The translations under genes were made by a program, and so were the position numbers. A DNA stretch of 64,000 nt from an uncultured Syntrophobacteraceae bacterium (GTDB lineage Bacteria; Desulfobacterota; Syntrophobacteria; Syntrophobacterales; Syntrophobacteraceae). The first letter of the stretch is position 1. Every line of letters starts with the position of its first letter. This document shows, piece after piece, positions 52,965-62,641 of the stretch. The DNA lies in assembly GCA_964538515.1 (NCBI GenBank), contig CAZIEW010000004.1, positions 10,583-74,582 on the forward strand, in the 5' to 3' direction. The notes under the pieces were generated by a model, which saw only the letters and a program-made list of their open reading frames with translations, did not search any database and was not told the DNA's origin.

Positions 52965-53354
52965 ATGCGTTTGAAAGAGAAAACCTGCAAAGACAGAATG
53001 AGGGTGGTTTTGGGCCTCGCACTGGCCCTCTTTGTTCTTCTCGTAACCTCCTCGGTTCCCCTTTGCCATACCTGTCATCACCACAGGCCCGTCCTCCCCG
53101 GCACCGGCATTTCGCCGGAAACCACCCTCCCTGCCTATCCTTCGGTCGATTCCGAGGTTGAAGCGGACCGGCCGTGTCTGGCATGCATGTTCCTCAATGC
53201 CATCAATGCGAGTCAAATATCACTCTTCATCCTTGTCTTTGCGGTAGGACGAATCCTCGGCCTTCGGGGCCGCTCGCGTGAGGAGGGGATCATTGCGCAT
53301 TTTGTCGCCTTTGCTCTCCAAACGCGGGGCCCACCCTACCAATCCTGTGTGTAA
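52965..53354 (+). CDS. Small Cys/His-rich secreted or membrane protein (start 52965 or 52998)
   Basis: Signal-like MRVVLGLALALFVLLVTSS, then CHTCHHH and CLAC motifs and a second hydrophobic helix. The RBS is weak, so coding status is uncertain. Confidence 0.35.
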   Translation: MRLKEKTCKDRMRVVLGLALALFVLLVTSSVPLCHTCHHHRPVLPGTGISPETTLPAYPSVDSEVEADRPCLACMFLNAINASQISLFILVFAVGRILGLRGRSREEGIIAHFVAFALQTRGPPYQSCV

Positions 53355-53492
53355 CGAATCCTCGGCTCGGCAGTTCGGGGCAGAAGATTGCCGGTGCCTT
53401 ACCACACGATATTCTCACGATTTCTTTACAAGCAAGCTTTGATCAGGTCTCAGACAGGCTCCGTCTGTTACAAAGAAAAGGAGATACTGCCT

Positions 53493-54962
53493 ATGATTAA
53501 TCGTTCATACCTTTATTGGTCGGTTCTCGGATGTGCTCTGGCTGTCGCTGCGGGATGCAGCACGGCGACTTCCCAAAAATCGGCATCTGTGGATCGCCCT
53601 GCTCGCTCCATGGCAGGGTCCGTGCCGGCACAGGAGGGTGGTGCGGGCAATTCGAAGTCCGAGCTGAGTCTCCCTGAGCAGCCGGCAATTGAGGCGTGGG
53701 TTCGGACCTTTTCAGGCCGAAACCACAAATCGTTCCAAACCCAGCTCGATCGCTCGACCCAGTATGTGAAGCCCGCCCAGGATATTTTCGTCGGTCGCGG
53801 CCTGCCGAAAGACCTCGTGTACGTTGCTCTGGTGGAGAGCGGATTCACCCCCAAGGCCCGGTCAAAGGCGAAGGCCGTGGGCATGTACCAGTTTATCCCG
53901 GACACAGGAAGACGGTTTGGACTTGAGCAAAATCAGTGGATCGATGAACGATGTCACCCATTGAAAGCCGCTCGAGCCGCCGCAGACTATCTTTCCGCTC
54001 TCTATGACCAATTCGGCTCGTGGCCATTGGCCCTCGCCGCTTACAACTGCGGAGAGAGGGCTGTTCAATCCACGCTCGATCGGAGCGGCCTCAAGACCTT
54101 CTGGGAGCTGGCCGACAACGGCTATCTGCCTTCTGAAACCCGTGATTATGTTCCAAAAGTTCTCGCCACGATCAAAATCGTGCGGAGTCCGCAACGCTAT
54201 GGATTCTACTTGGGTCCGACACGGCATGTTGCGAAGCAGCCGACCGTTTCGGTTCCCGGCGGCGTCAAGCTATCCTGGGTGGGCAAGCAGATTGGCGTTT
54301 CCGAAGATGTCCTTCAAAGCTGCAATCCTGAGCTCTGTAAACCGGTAACGCCGCCCGGATGTACCTCATACAATCTGTGCCTTCCCGAGGGAACCGGGGA
54401 GGGTGTGCTCGCGTCCCTTGTCGAGCGTGCCGAGGAGGAGCAACGGGAGGCGTTCGCGAGGACTTCTTCTTCGTCTCCATCGAGTGGTGGCTCTTCCCAC
54501 GGCGGCCAGCGTGCTGACTCCCATCCGGGCGTTGCCCGGGCGGGCAGCGCTGTCAAGGAGCGAACTGCTTTGAACGTCAGAAGCTCATCGCATTCCTCCA
54601 AGACAGCACGCACAACCAAGGTCGCCGCCGGCAATGCCGGCGCAATGGCGCGTGGCTCCAGCACCAAGGAAGCCAAGGAAACGAGAGAGGCAAAAGGCAA
54701 GTCCACTCCGCGCCAGGTTGCCTTGAATAAAGCTGCTGGTGCCAAACCGAAGAGCTCTGATGCCGCGCAGGCTGTAAAACGGCAGTCCGCCCCCACGGCT
54801 TCCGTGGAAGGAAAGGCGCGCATCGCCGCAAAGGCACCCGCAATTCAAAACGGCCCAAGCCCGAGTCAGAAGGCTGCGTCTTCATCGCGTATCGTTGTGG
54901 CTTCCAACGATCAGGACAAGCTCACTTCAAAGAAAGCCCAGAAGAAGAAAGAGAAGCCTTGA
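53493..54962 (+). CDS. Lytic murein transglycosylase lipoprotein (SLT domain, MltD-like, LysM-like segment, Lys/Ala/Ser-rich tail)
   Basis: AAGGAG RBS and lipobox LAVAAG|C. SLT motifs VALVESGF, GMYQFIP, AAYNCGERAV. Confidence 0.8.
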   Translation: MINRSYLYWSVLGCALAVAAGCSTATSQKSASVDRPARSMAGSVPAQEGGAGNSKSELSLPEQPAIEAWVRTFSGRNHKSFQTQLDRSTQYVKPAQDIFVGRGLPKDLVYVALVESGFTPKARSKAKAVGMYQFIPDTGRRFGLEQNQWIDERCHPLKAARAAADYLSALYDQFGSWPLALAAYNCGERAVQSTLDRSGLKTFWELADNGYLPSETRDYVPKVLATIKIVRSPQRYGFYLGPTRHVAKQPTVSVPGGVKLSWVGKQIGVSEDVLQSCNPELCKPVTPPGCTSYNLCLPEGTGEGVLASLVERAEEEQREAFARTSSSSPSSGGSSHGGQRADSHPGVARAGSAVKERTALNVRSSSHSSKTARTTKVAAGNAGAMARGSSTKEAKETREAKGKSTPRQVALNKAAGAKPKSSDAAQAVKRQSAPTASVEGKARIAAKAPAIQNGPSPSQKAASSSRIVVASNDQDKLTSKKAQKKKEKP

Positions 54963-55353
54963 GCGATGGGGGGCACGCGAGCGTTCCATTGACCAAGTCG
55001 CAAAGCGCTTTGCCTGCGGATAGGCTTTGCCCTGCAGCCTGAGCCGAGCCATATTCTTTTCACAGGATCCTGGAAGAGCCCTGGCGCACTTTCTATGCCG
55101 TTAACCAAGGCTTTTCCAGATCCCGTGGACCGGGCCAAGCTGAAAATTACCCCCCTGATTCAGCCATAACTGCCGATCTTCGCCAAACTTACCTGGGCCT
55201 CTGGTACAGAGGTGGCAGAAGTGCTGCAGCGGCACGAGATCGACGCTCGATGCCAGATTCCGGATGCTCGATGAAACGAGCGTGCAGCCGAAGGGATCTT
55301 GATCCCGCACCTGGCATCACGTCCGAATGATTGATGCGTCCCGCAATGCCGTA

Positions 55354-57147
55354 CTATGTCTCCCTGAGATCACTGATCTCCCGGTGATAGGCCTCCATGA
55401 GATCCTCCAGTCGAAGGATTCCGAGCAGGCCGCTTTCCATGTCGATGATCGGGATCTGCCCATACCCTGTCCGCAAGAACACAACCAACGCGTCGTAGAG
55501 GTTATCCCCCATCTCGACCGACACGGGAGGAGAAACGAGCTCGTCCAGCACAAGCAAATCTGCGATGTCTTCTTCAAAAATCACTTCTCTGAGGTCGCGC
55601 ACCGCGAGAATCCCGCGTAAACGGTAGTCCTCGTCCACAACCGGGAAGAACGATTCCGGGGTCAACGTGAACAGCTTTTTGAATTGCCCGAAGGACATGT
55701 CTGCGGGCAGGACCGCAACCGACGCATCCTTCCGGTAGACGTCTCTAACCCTCATGGTTTCCAGTACATTGACGATCGTGTCCGATCGGTGGGCTGGAGA
55801 GTGGAATTTGTTCAGAACCTGCTTCTCATACAGACTCCAACGCTGAGAGAGGAGAATGGCTATAACGGATGCAAACATCAGCGGAACGACGAGTCCATAC
55901 CCGCCCGTCATCTCACACACCATGAGGAGTGCACCGATCGGTGCCTTGGCAACACCGGCGAAAAAAGCGCCCATCCCCACCAATGCAAAAGCACCTGGCT
56001 GACTCACGATGGAGGGAAACCACTGGTGGCTCAGTTGTCCCACGGCTCCTCCGAGCATCGCACCGATGAAAAGCGAGGGGCCAAAGACTCCTCCACTCCC
56101 GCCGGACGAGATCGTGAAGGATGTCGCCAAGATCTTCACCGCAGCAATCGTGAACAGGAGTGGGACGGAAAGCTCTCCTCTCAAGGATTGTTGGATGGTG
56201 CCATAGCCGCCGCTCAAAACCTGTGGTGTCCAAAGGCCGACGATTCCGACCATGAGGCCGCCAAGGGCCGGGATGAGCATCTTCTTGGAAGGGATCTTTC
56301 GAAAGAAGGCGTCTCGCAGCCCGTAAAACACCCTGACATAGACGTAGCCGAATGGAACGCAGATCAGAGCAAGGATGCCGTAAAAGACCAATTCCAGCGG
56401 ATTCCGGAATCGAACCGGGGCAGTCTCGAAGATAGGCTCATGCCCAAAAATCCCTGTAAAGATGGCGTACCCCGTCACGGACGCGATGATGCACAGGATG
56501 ATCCCCTCCGCCTCGAAGTCCTCACGGTACAATACTTCAACCGCAGTCAAAGCACCTCCCAAAGGCGCTCGGAAGATCGCTCCCAAGCCGGCGGCACATC
56601 CGGCGAGAAGCATCAAGCGTCTCTCTCGGGCGCTTAAGCCAAGGGCGCGTCCGACCCAAGAGCCGATTCCGGCTCCTATCTGCGCAATGGGCCCCTCTCG
56701 GCCGGCGCTTCCCCCGGTTGCCAGGGTGATGACCGAAGCAATGCCTTTGATGAACGGCACCCGGGTCCTGATATACCCGCCCTTGTTGTGAAAGGCATCA
56801 ATGAAGGCATCGGTTCCATGCCCTTCGGCTTCCGGCGCCCAGGTGTACACGATGAATCCCGAGAGCAATCCGCCGATGGCCGGCAGGAGGCAGAGAACCC
56901 ACTGACGAAATGGCGTATCGGCCACCAAGTCGACCAGATGCTCGCCTGCCGGCTTGACCGTCTGGTAGCCGGCAAGAACCTCCATGCAGAAGAACGTGGT
57001 CCATTCCAAAAGATAGAACACCGCACTGGCCATCAGACCGCTCAGAATGCCTATTGTCACGCTCAGCATGGTCCAACGGACGGTGCGTCGATTCTTGAGA
57101 CGGGCCAGCAGCGCCAATCCCTCGGTTCGTGTGGGAAACCGTATCAA
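55354..57147 (-). CDS. ClC family voltage-gated chloride channel/antiporter with a C-terminal CBS pair
   Basis: GGSAGREGP, GGSGGVFGPSLFIGA and GALLMVCEMTGGY motifs, plus two CBS repeats at the C-terminus. Confidence 0.9.
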   Translation of the reverse strand: MIRFPTRTEGLALLARLKNRRTVRWTMLSVTIGILSGLMASAVFYLLEWTTFFCMEVLAGYQTVKPAGEHLVDLVADTPFRQWVLCLLPAIGGLLSGFIVYTWAPEAEGHGTDAFIDAFHNKGGYIRTRVPFIKGIASVITLATGGSAGREGPIAQIGAGIGSWVGRALGLSARERRLMLLAGCAAGLGAIFRAPLGGALTAVEVLYREDFEAEGIILCIIASVTGYAIFTGIFGHEPIFETAPVRFRNPLELVFYGILALICVPFGYVYVRVFYGLRDAFFRKIPSKKMLIPALGGLMVGIVGLWTPQVLSGGYGTIQQSLRGELSVPLLFTIAAVKILATSFTISSGGSGGVFGPSLFIGAMLGGAVGQLSHQWFPSIVSQPGAFALVGMGAFFAGVAKAPIGALLMVCEMTGGYGLVVPLMFASVIAILLSQRWSLYEKQVLNKFHSPAHRSDTIVNVLETMRVRDVYRKDASVAVLPADMSFGQFKKLFTLTPESFFPVVDEDYRLRGILAVRDLREVIFEEDIADLLVLDELVSPPVSVEMGDNLYDALVVFLRTGYGQIPIIDMESGLLGILRLEDLMEAYHREISDLRET

Positions 57148-57461
57148 AGCATCTTCTCCTTCTCCCGCAATGCAGCCTGATCGCTCGGAGCTTCATGGAT
57201 CGTCCAAGCCCCGAATACCCGTTACACCGAATTAGTCAAATAGAATCTTCAAAATTCGGCCGTCACAGTTGCTCTCTGTCTGGTCACTCCAGGAAGATGT
57301 CCGCAACTCATCATTGACTCGTATCCGATATAGACATATCCTAGCGGCATCGTTGAAGGATCTAGAATTAAGCGGTGTATTGGCATTCTCATCTTTGGGC
57401 TGACCGGTTCTTGACAATAGGCGCTCATCAGCGGGTAGATTGTGCAAAAGCAGGAGGAAGA

Positions 57462-60400
57462 ATGAGTTACAACAACCCGAAAGGATCGGTTTGGGGTAAG
57501 TGGGATCTGCTTGTTCACACCCCCTGCTCCATTGTTCAGAATTACGGTGGCAACAATGACATGAGCTGGAACGCATTTATTGCTGATCTCGAGAAGCTTC
57601 CTCCTGAGCTCAAGGTGATTGGTGTTAACGACCATTTGTTTTTCGACGGATACGAAAGGCTTCTCAAAGTTAAACGAGAACAGGGGCGACTCAAGAACCT
57701 CGATCTGATCCTTCCTGTCGTTGAGCTCAGGCTCGACCCGTTTGCCGGAGTCCTTCAGAAGGATAAATATGGTAGGTACCTGAATTCCGATTGGAATCGA
57801 ATCAATCTCCACATTATATTCGACCAGCTCGAGCCGGAGACTCTTCGACAGCAGTTCTTGGCCGCACTCGGGGAGTGTTACAACCTTATTCCGGATTCCA
57901 AGGAATTTTCCGAGAGATGGCAGACGCCGATTGCTCGCGACAGCGTCAGCAAGCTCGGTCAGGCAATCGTGGATGCCGCGCCCAAAGACAAGCCGGGCAC
58001 CTATTTTAGCTTGGTCCAGGAAGGGTTCAACCACCTCTGTGTCTCGCTCGATTCGCTCCAGGGTGCGATGAAAACGCATGATTTGAGCGGCCGCTACCTA
58101 TTGGCCGTCGGCAAGGCACAGTGGGAAGCCATGAACTGGGAGGACCCTTCGATTGATGACAAGCGTCTTGTCCTCAACCGAATGGATCTCGTCCTCACTT
58201 CCGCCAGGAATCCAGAGGCGTATCACGTTACGCGAAAGAAGCTGCGTGAGCTGAATGTCACGGATCGTCTGCTCGATTGCTCGGGCGCACAGGCCTTAAG
58301 CACCTCGAAGCACAGCGAGGACCGACTGGGCAGCTGTTTCACCTGGATTAAGGCCGATCCCACGTTTGCCGGTCTGCAGCAAGCTCTGAGGGAGATCGAT
58401 CAACGGGTCTTCATCGGCGATCGGCCACCGAAGCTGTTGATCGTGGCACGCAATAAGACCAAGTACGCGGACTCGATCACGATCAGGAAGAGGGCCGAAT
58501 CGTCTCTGCGGGACCCGTGGTTCGATGTTCACCTGCCGTTGAACCATGACCTGGTTGCCATCATCGGGAACAAAGGGAGCGGCAAGAGCGCCCTTGCCGA
58601 CACGATCGCCCTTGCCGGTGATACGGGAAATTACGACGGTTTTTCATTCCTCAATGAACGGCGATTCCGCGATCCCAAGGCCAAGCTCGCGGCTCACTTT
58701 TTGGGCTCCCTCCAGTGGCATGACGGCACCGAGTCTCTCCGGCCGCTCGACGAAAACCCTCAAGCGTCGAGCGTGGAACGGGTCAAGTACCTGCCACAGA
58801 GTTACTTGGAAACCCTCTGCAACGAGCTTGCTGACGGCGGATCCTCCAGATTCGAAAACGAGCTGCGCAAGATCATCTATACCCATGTACCGGAAGAAGA
58901 GTGCATGGGGTTTTTGTCGCTCGACGAGCTCCTTCGCTTCAAGGTCTCCGAGCTCGAAGCGGAGCGAAAGCGGCTGACGGAACAGCTGTCGAAGATCAAT
59001 GGGGAAGTCGTTGCCCTTGAGCGCAAATTGTCCCCGAGCTACCGGCAATCTCTCGAGCAGAATCTTGAAATCAAGCGCAGGGAGCTGGTCGCCTTGGAAA
59101 GCGCCATGCCTGCCCCGGTGGAGAACCCGCACGAGTCCGATTCTTCAAAGGAGCACTCAGCGACGGCAAACGCCCGACTCGCTGAGCTCGAAAATGAGCT
59201 GGCGGCCGTGCGCGACGACGAGCAAGCCGTGCGGCAGAAGAAAGCCGAGGCTGTCAAGGGTGCTGCCCACGTCAAACGCATCTCGCAGGCTATCGGGAAT
59301 TACCAGAAGCGTCACGAGGAGTTCATTCAGGAGCTGGAGTCCTTGTTTTCGGTCCTGGGCATCCATGGAGAAGCCCACGGCATCGTCACGATGGAAGTGG
59401 ATACCGCCGCCATCGATGAGCTCGAGGATTTCTTCCGGAAGGCATCTGAGGAGCAGGACGCGCTGCTCAGCGCGGAGGATCCGGGGAGTCTGAAGGGGCG
59501 TCGCAGGGCAGCCGAGGCCGAGATCAATGCGATCACGAACGCCATGGGAGAGCAGCAACGACTCTACTTGCTCTACAAGGAGCAGCTCGCGGCATGGGAG
59601 CTGGCGATATCGGAGCTGCGGGGGGACAAAGACAAGAGCGGGACGATCGCGTGGCTTGAGACGGAAATCCAGGCCTTGGATGCCTTGCATGCGAGGCGTG
59701 CGGAGCTGCGGGCATGCCGCCTCGACATTCTCAAGAGGCTGTATGAGCAGCTCGGGAAGATCGTGGACGAATATCGCAAGCTCTATGAGCCCGTTCAGAC
59801 TTTCGTGCAGTCGGCGGAGCAGGTGGAGGTTCCACTGCCCCTCGACTTTGATGTCCGCATCGCGGAAGAAAATTTTCAGGCGACCTTCCTCTCCTTCATC
59901 AACGCGCAGGCACACGGGAGCTTTGCGGGCGTGGAGGAAGGCAGCCGGATCGTTCGCACGGCCCTCCAGGAAACAGATTTCAGGGACATGGAGGGTGTCA
60001 TTTCATTCGTCGAGAAGATAGACGACCTTCTGCACTTCGACCGACGATCCGAGGCATCCAGCGATCTTGAGCTTTCTGTGCAGGATCAGTTGAAGCCCGG
60101 GACCAGCGTGGAGGACCTCTATGACTACCTGTATGGGCTCGGATACCTGTCGCCCAAGTATTCCCTGACGTACGACAATCAGGAGATCAGTCTGCTCTCA
60201 CCGGGGGAGCGGGGCTTGCTGCTGCTCGTCTTTTACTTGCTCGTCGACAAGGACGACATTCCCCTCGTCATCGACCAGCCGGAAGAAAACCTCGATAACC
60301 AGACGATTTACCGGGTGCTGGTCACATGCATCAAAATGGCGAAGCAACGGCGTCAGGTGATCATGGTCACTCACAATCCGAACCTCGCTGTGGTATGCGA

Positions 60401-60560
60401 TGCCGAGCAAATCATCTGCGCCGCATGCGACAAGGTCAGAAAGCATTTCACCTATGTGAGTGGTGCCATCGAATCCTCTGAAATCAAAGCACGGGTCGTG
60501 GACATCTTGGAAGGGACTGCGCCGGCGTTTGTGAATAGGAAGCGGAAATACGGCTATTGA
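57462..60560 (+). CDS. PHP-like domain fused to an SMC/Rad50-type (ABC-class) coiled-coil ATPase, 1,032 aa; candidate defence protein
   Basis: AGGAGG RBS. PHP-like motifs WDLLVHTP, GVNDH, VVELRL, NLHIIF. Walker A GNKGSGKS (58566-58589), a long heptad-like region, ABC signature LSPGERG (60195-60215), Walker B LVIDQPEENLD, and VTHNPNL. Confidence 0.75.
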   Translation: MSYNNPKGSVWGKWDLLVHTPCSIVQNYGGNNDMSWNAFIADLEKLPPELKVIGVNDHLFFDGYERLLKVKREQGRLKNLDLILPVVELRLDPFAGVLQKDKYGRYLNSDWNRINLHIIFDQLEPETLRQQFLAALGECYNLIPDSKEFSERWQTPIARDSVSKLGQAIVDAAPKDKPGTYFSLVQEGFNHLCVSLDSLQGAMKTHDLSGRYLLAVGKAQWEAMNWEDPSIDDKRLVLNRMDLVLTSARNPEAYHVTRKKLRELNVTDRLLDCSGAQALSTSKHSEDRLGSCFTWIKADPTFAGLQQALREIDQRVFIGDRPPKLLIVARNKTKYADSITIRKRAESSLRDPWFDVHLPLNHDLVAIIGNKGSGKSALADTIALAGDTGNYDGFSFLNERRFRDPKAKLAAHFLGSLQWHDGTESLRPLDENPQASSVERVKYLPQSYLETLCNELADGGSSRFENELRKIIYTHVPEEECMGFLSLDELLRFKVSELEAERKRLTEQLSKINGEVVALERKLSPSYRQSLEQNLEIKRRELVALESAMPAPVENPHESDSSKEHSATANARLAELENELAAVRDDEQAVRQKKAEAVKGAAHVKRISQAIGNYQKRHEEFIQELESLFSVLGIHGEAHGIVTMEVDTAAIDELEDFFRKASEEQDALLSAEDPGSLKGRRRAAEAEINAITNAMGEQQRLYLLYKEQLAAWELAISELRGDKDKSGTIAWLETEIQALDALHARRAELRACRLDILKRLYEQLGKIVDEYRKLYEPVQTFVQSAEQVEVPLPLDFDVRIAEENFQATFLSFINAQAHGSFAGVEEGSRIVRTALQETDFRDMEGVISFVEKIDDLLHFDRRSEASSDLELSVQDQLKPGTSVEDLYDYLYGLGYLSPKYSLTYDNQEISLLSPGERGLLLLVFYLLVDKDDIPLVIDQPEENLDNQTIYRVLVTCIKMAKQRRQVIMVTHNPNLAVVCDAEQIICAACDKVRKHFTYVSGAIESSEIKARVVDILEGTAPAFVNRKRKYGY

Positions 60561-60604
60561 TGCGGTTCTGCCCGCAACGGGCTCCACTAATTTTGGATGA
60601 GGAA

Positions 60605-60639
60605 CCGTTTCAGAACGGCTTGATGCCCGTCTGAAACGG
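60605..60639. terminator. Hairpin between the convergent ATPase and sod genes
   Basis: CCGTTTCAGAACGG-8 nt-CCGTCTGAAACGG (one bulge). There is no clear U-tract. Confidence 0.4.
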
Positions 60640-60688
60640 CCCTGTGCCGGTAGCTGGCGTATGGGCTCCCCAGGACACAACTTCGGGA

Positions 60689-61282
60689 TCAACCCAGGCA
60701 GGAATTGACAAAATCCCAGTTGACCAGCTTGTCGACGAACGTGGTGAGATAGTCCGGTCTCCGGTTCTGATAGTCCAGGTAGTAAGCATGCTCCCAGACG
60801 TCCACCACAAGCAGCGGCTTCAAGCCGTCGGTGAGCGGATTAGCGGCATTGGGCGTCTTGGTAACCTGAAGCTTCGCTCCATTCAGGACCAGCCAGGCCC
60901 AGCCGCTGCCAAACTGCGTCACTCCTGCGTTCTTGAGCTCCTCGACAAACTTCTCAAAGCTCCCGAAATCAGCATTGATCTTCGATGCAATGGCTCCCGT
61001 GGGAGCCCCGCCTCCATTGGGCTTCATGCATTTCCAGTAGAAGGAATGGTTCCAAACCTGAGCCGCATTGTTGAAAATGCCCACCTTGGCGGGGTCCCCG
61101 GCACTCTTTTTGATGATGGTTTCCAAATCCTGGTTTTCGAGGTCTGTGCCGGCAAGAAGTTTGTTGGCATTGTCCACGTAAGCCTTGTGGTGCTTTCCGT
61201 GGTGGAATTCCAGGGTCTTCTCACTGATGTGGGGGGCCAGAGCATTCTGGGGGTAAGGCAAATCCGGAAGCGCAATAGCCAT
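60689..61282 (-). CDS. Fe/Mn superoxide dismutase
   Basis: AGGAGG RBS. LPDLPYPQNALAPHISEKTLEFHHGKHH ... DVWEHAYYLDYQNRRPDY. Confidence 0.95.
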   Translation of the reverse strand: MAIALPDLPYPQNALAPHISEKTLEFHHGKHHKAYVDNANKLLAGTDLENQDLETIIKKSAGDPAKVGIFNNAAQVWNHSFYWKCMKPNGGGAPTGAIASKINADFGSFEKFVEELKNAGVTQFGSGWAWLVLNGAKLQVTKTPNAANPLTDGLKPLLVVDVWEHAYYLDYQNRRPDYLTTFVDKLVNWDFVNSCLG

Positions 61283-61372
61283 GTTCGTTCCTCCTGTGAA
61301 AAGCTGTTTCCTTGTCAATGGTCACCCTGCGCCTAACTCGCCGTTTGTCACTGCTACGGAGCTTGAGCAGAT

Positions 61373-62572
61373 CTATCCGGCCAAGCTTTCCCGCACGGCT
61401 TTTCCGACCTTCCGGCCAAGCTCCACGCAACCATCGAGGTGCTCGGGACGCGGCGCGAACTGGACTCTTACCCCGGGGTCGACGATGTTCATTTTCATTT
61501 CCTGGAGGACCTCGCTGATGTGCTTCACGGCCTCGCCACTCCAACCGTAGGACCCAAAAGCAGCTCCGATCCGGTTTGCGGGTCGAAGTCCCTTCATGTA
61601 GCAGAGGATGTCCGCGACCCCAGGCATCATCCCATTGTTCAGGGTTGCAGAGCCGATCAGGACGGCCTTGGCATCGAGCACTTCCGTCATGATGTCGCTC
61701 CGGTGGTTGATCTTGAGATTGAACATCTTCACGGGAACGCCTTCCTGAATCAGGCCGTCGGCGACGGACTGGGCCATGGCCTCGGTGCTGTGCCACATGG
61801 TGTCATAGATGATGATCGCTTTATTCTTGCACGCCTGTCGGCTCCAAACGTCATAAGATTCGATGATCTTGCCTGGATTGCTGCGCCAGATGAGCCCATG
61901 GTCTGGGGCGATCATATCGATCTTGAGGCCAAGCTGCTGTACGGTTCCGATCAGCTTCTGCACGAGCGGTGAAAAGGGAAGCAGGATGTTGGCGTAGTAC
62001 TTGGCCGCGTGGCGCAGCAACTCGGGGAGGTCGACCTCGTCGTCAAACCGCTCGCAGGTCGCCCAATGCTGCCCGAACCCATCACTTGCGATCAAGAGCT
62101 GATCCTCGGGAATGTAAGACAGCATGCTGTCCGGCCAGTGCAGCATGCGCACTTCGATGAACTGAACCGACTTTTTGCCGAGGCTCAGGGTCTGGCCCGT
62201 CCCGACGACCTCGTAGGGCCAGTCCTCCCGGTGGAAATGATCCAGCAGGGCCTTCTTCCCCATGGAGGAGCAGAAGACTTTTTCGGGCTGAATGGTATCG
62301 ATGATTTCAGGAAGTGCCCCCGAATGATCCATTTCAACGTGGTTGACCACGATGTAGTCGATCTTTTTCGGGTTCACGAGCTTGCGAATATTTTGCATGA
62401 GGTCCTTGGTGAAGGGCTTTTTCACCGTGTCGAAAAGCGTGATCTTCTCGTCCATGACGAGAAACGCGTTGTAGCTGGTGCCCTTGGGTGTGGAATAGCC
62501 GTGAAAGTCCCGTATGTTCCAATCCACGGCGCCGACCCAGTGGACGTCTTTTTTGATCTCAACTGGCTGCAT
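61373..62572 (-). CDS. Flavodiiron protein (rubredoxin:oxygen/NO oxidoreductase type; metallo-beta-lactamase plus flavodoxin domains)
   Basis: VNHVEMDHSGALPE diiron motif, TSYNAFLV, and a C-terminal flavodoxin-like LIGSATLNNGMMP. ATG 62572 with a GGGGAG RBS. Confidence 0.9.
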   Translation of the reverse strand: MQPVEIKKDVHWVGAVDWNIRDFHGYSTPKGTSYNAFLVMDEKITLFDTVKKPFTKDLMQNIRKLVNPKKIDYIVVNHVEMDHSGALPEIIDTIQPEKVFCSSMGKKALLDHFHREDWPYEVVGTGQTLSLGKKSVQFIEVRMLHWPDSMLSYIPEDQLLIASDGFGQHWATCERFDDEVDLPELLRHAAKYYANILLPFSPLVQKLIGTVQQLGLKIDMIAPDHGLIWRSNPGKIIESYDVWSRQACKNKAIIIYDTMWHSTEAMAQSVADGLIQEGVPVKMFNLKINHRSDIMTEVLDAKAVLIGSATLNNGMMPGVADILCYMKGLRPANRIGAAFGSYGWSGEAVKHISEVLQEMKMNIVDPGVRVQFAPRPEHLDGCVELGRKVGKAVRESLAG

Positions 62573-62641
62573 CAGTAACTCCCCAAATCCGCTTGGATGG
62601 ATGATGACTGGCAAGCGCTGGAGCGCGCTCTTGCGACACGT

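Noticed and set aside
55000-55353. 350-bp spacer between the transglycosylase and ClC genes, checked for small genes or toxin-antitoxin remnants
   Set aside because: It holds only short ORFs without an RBS. A vague resemblance of one frame (...GTEVAEVLQRH...) to small toxin families is too weak to report.
57249-58079. 276-aa - strand ORF overlapping the 5' end of the large ATPase gene
   Set aside because: It would overlap 600 bp of an ORF that has clear PHP-like motifs and an RBS. It has no RBS and no motifs, and it starts inside the opposite gene.
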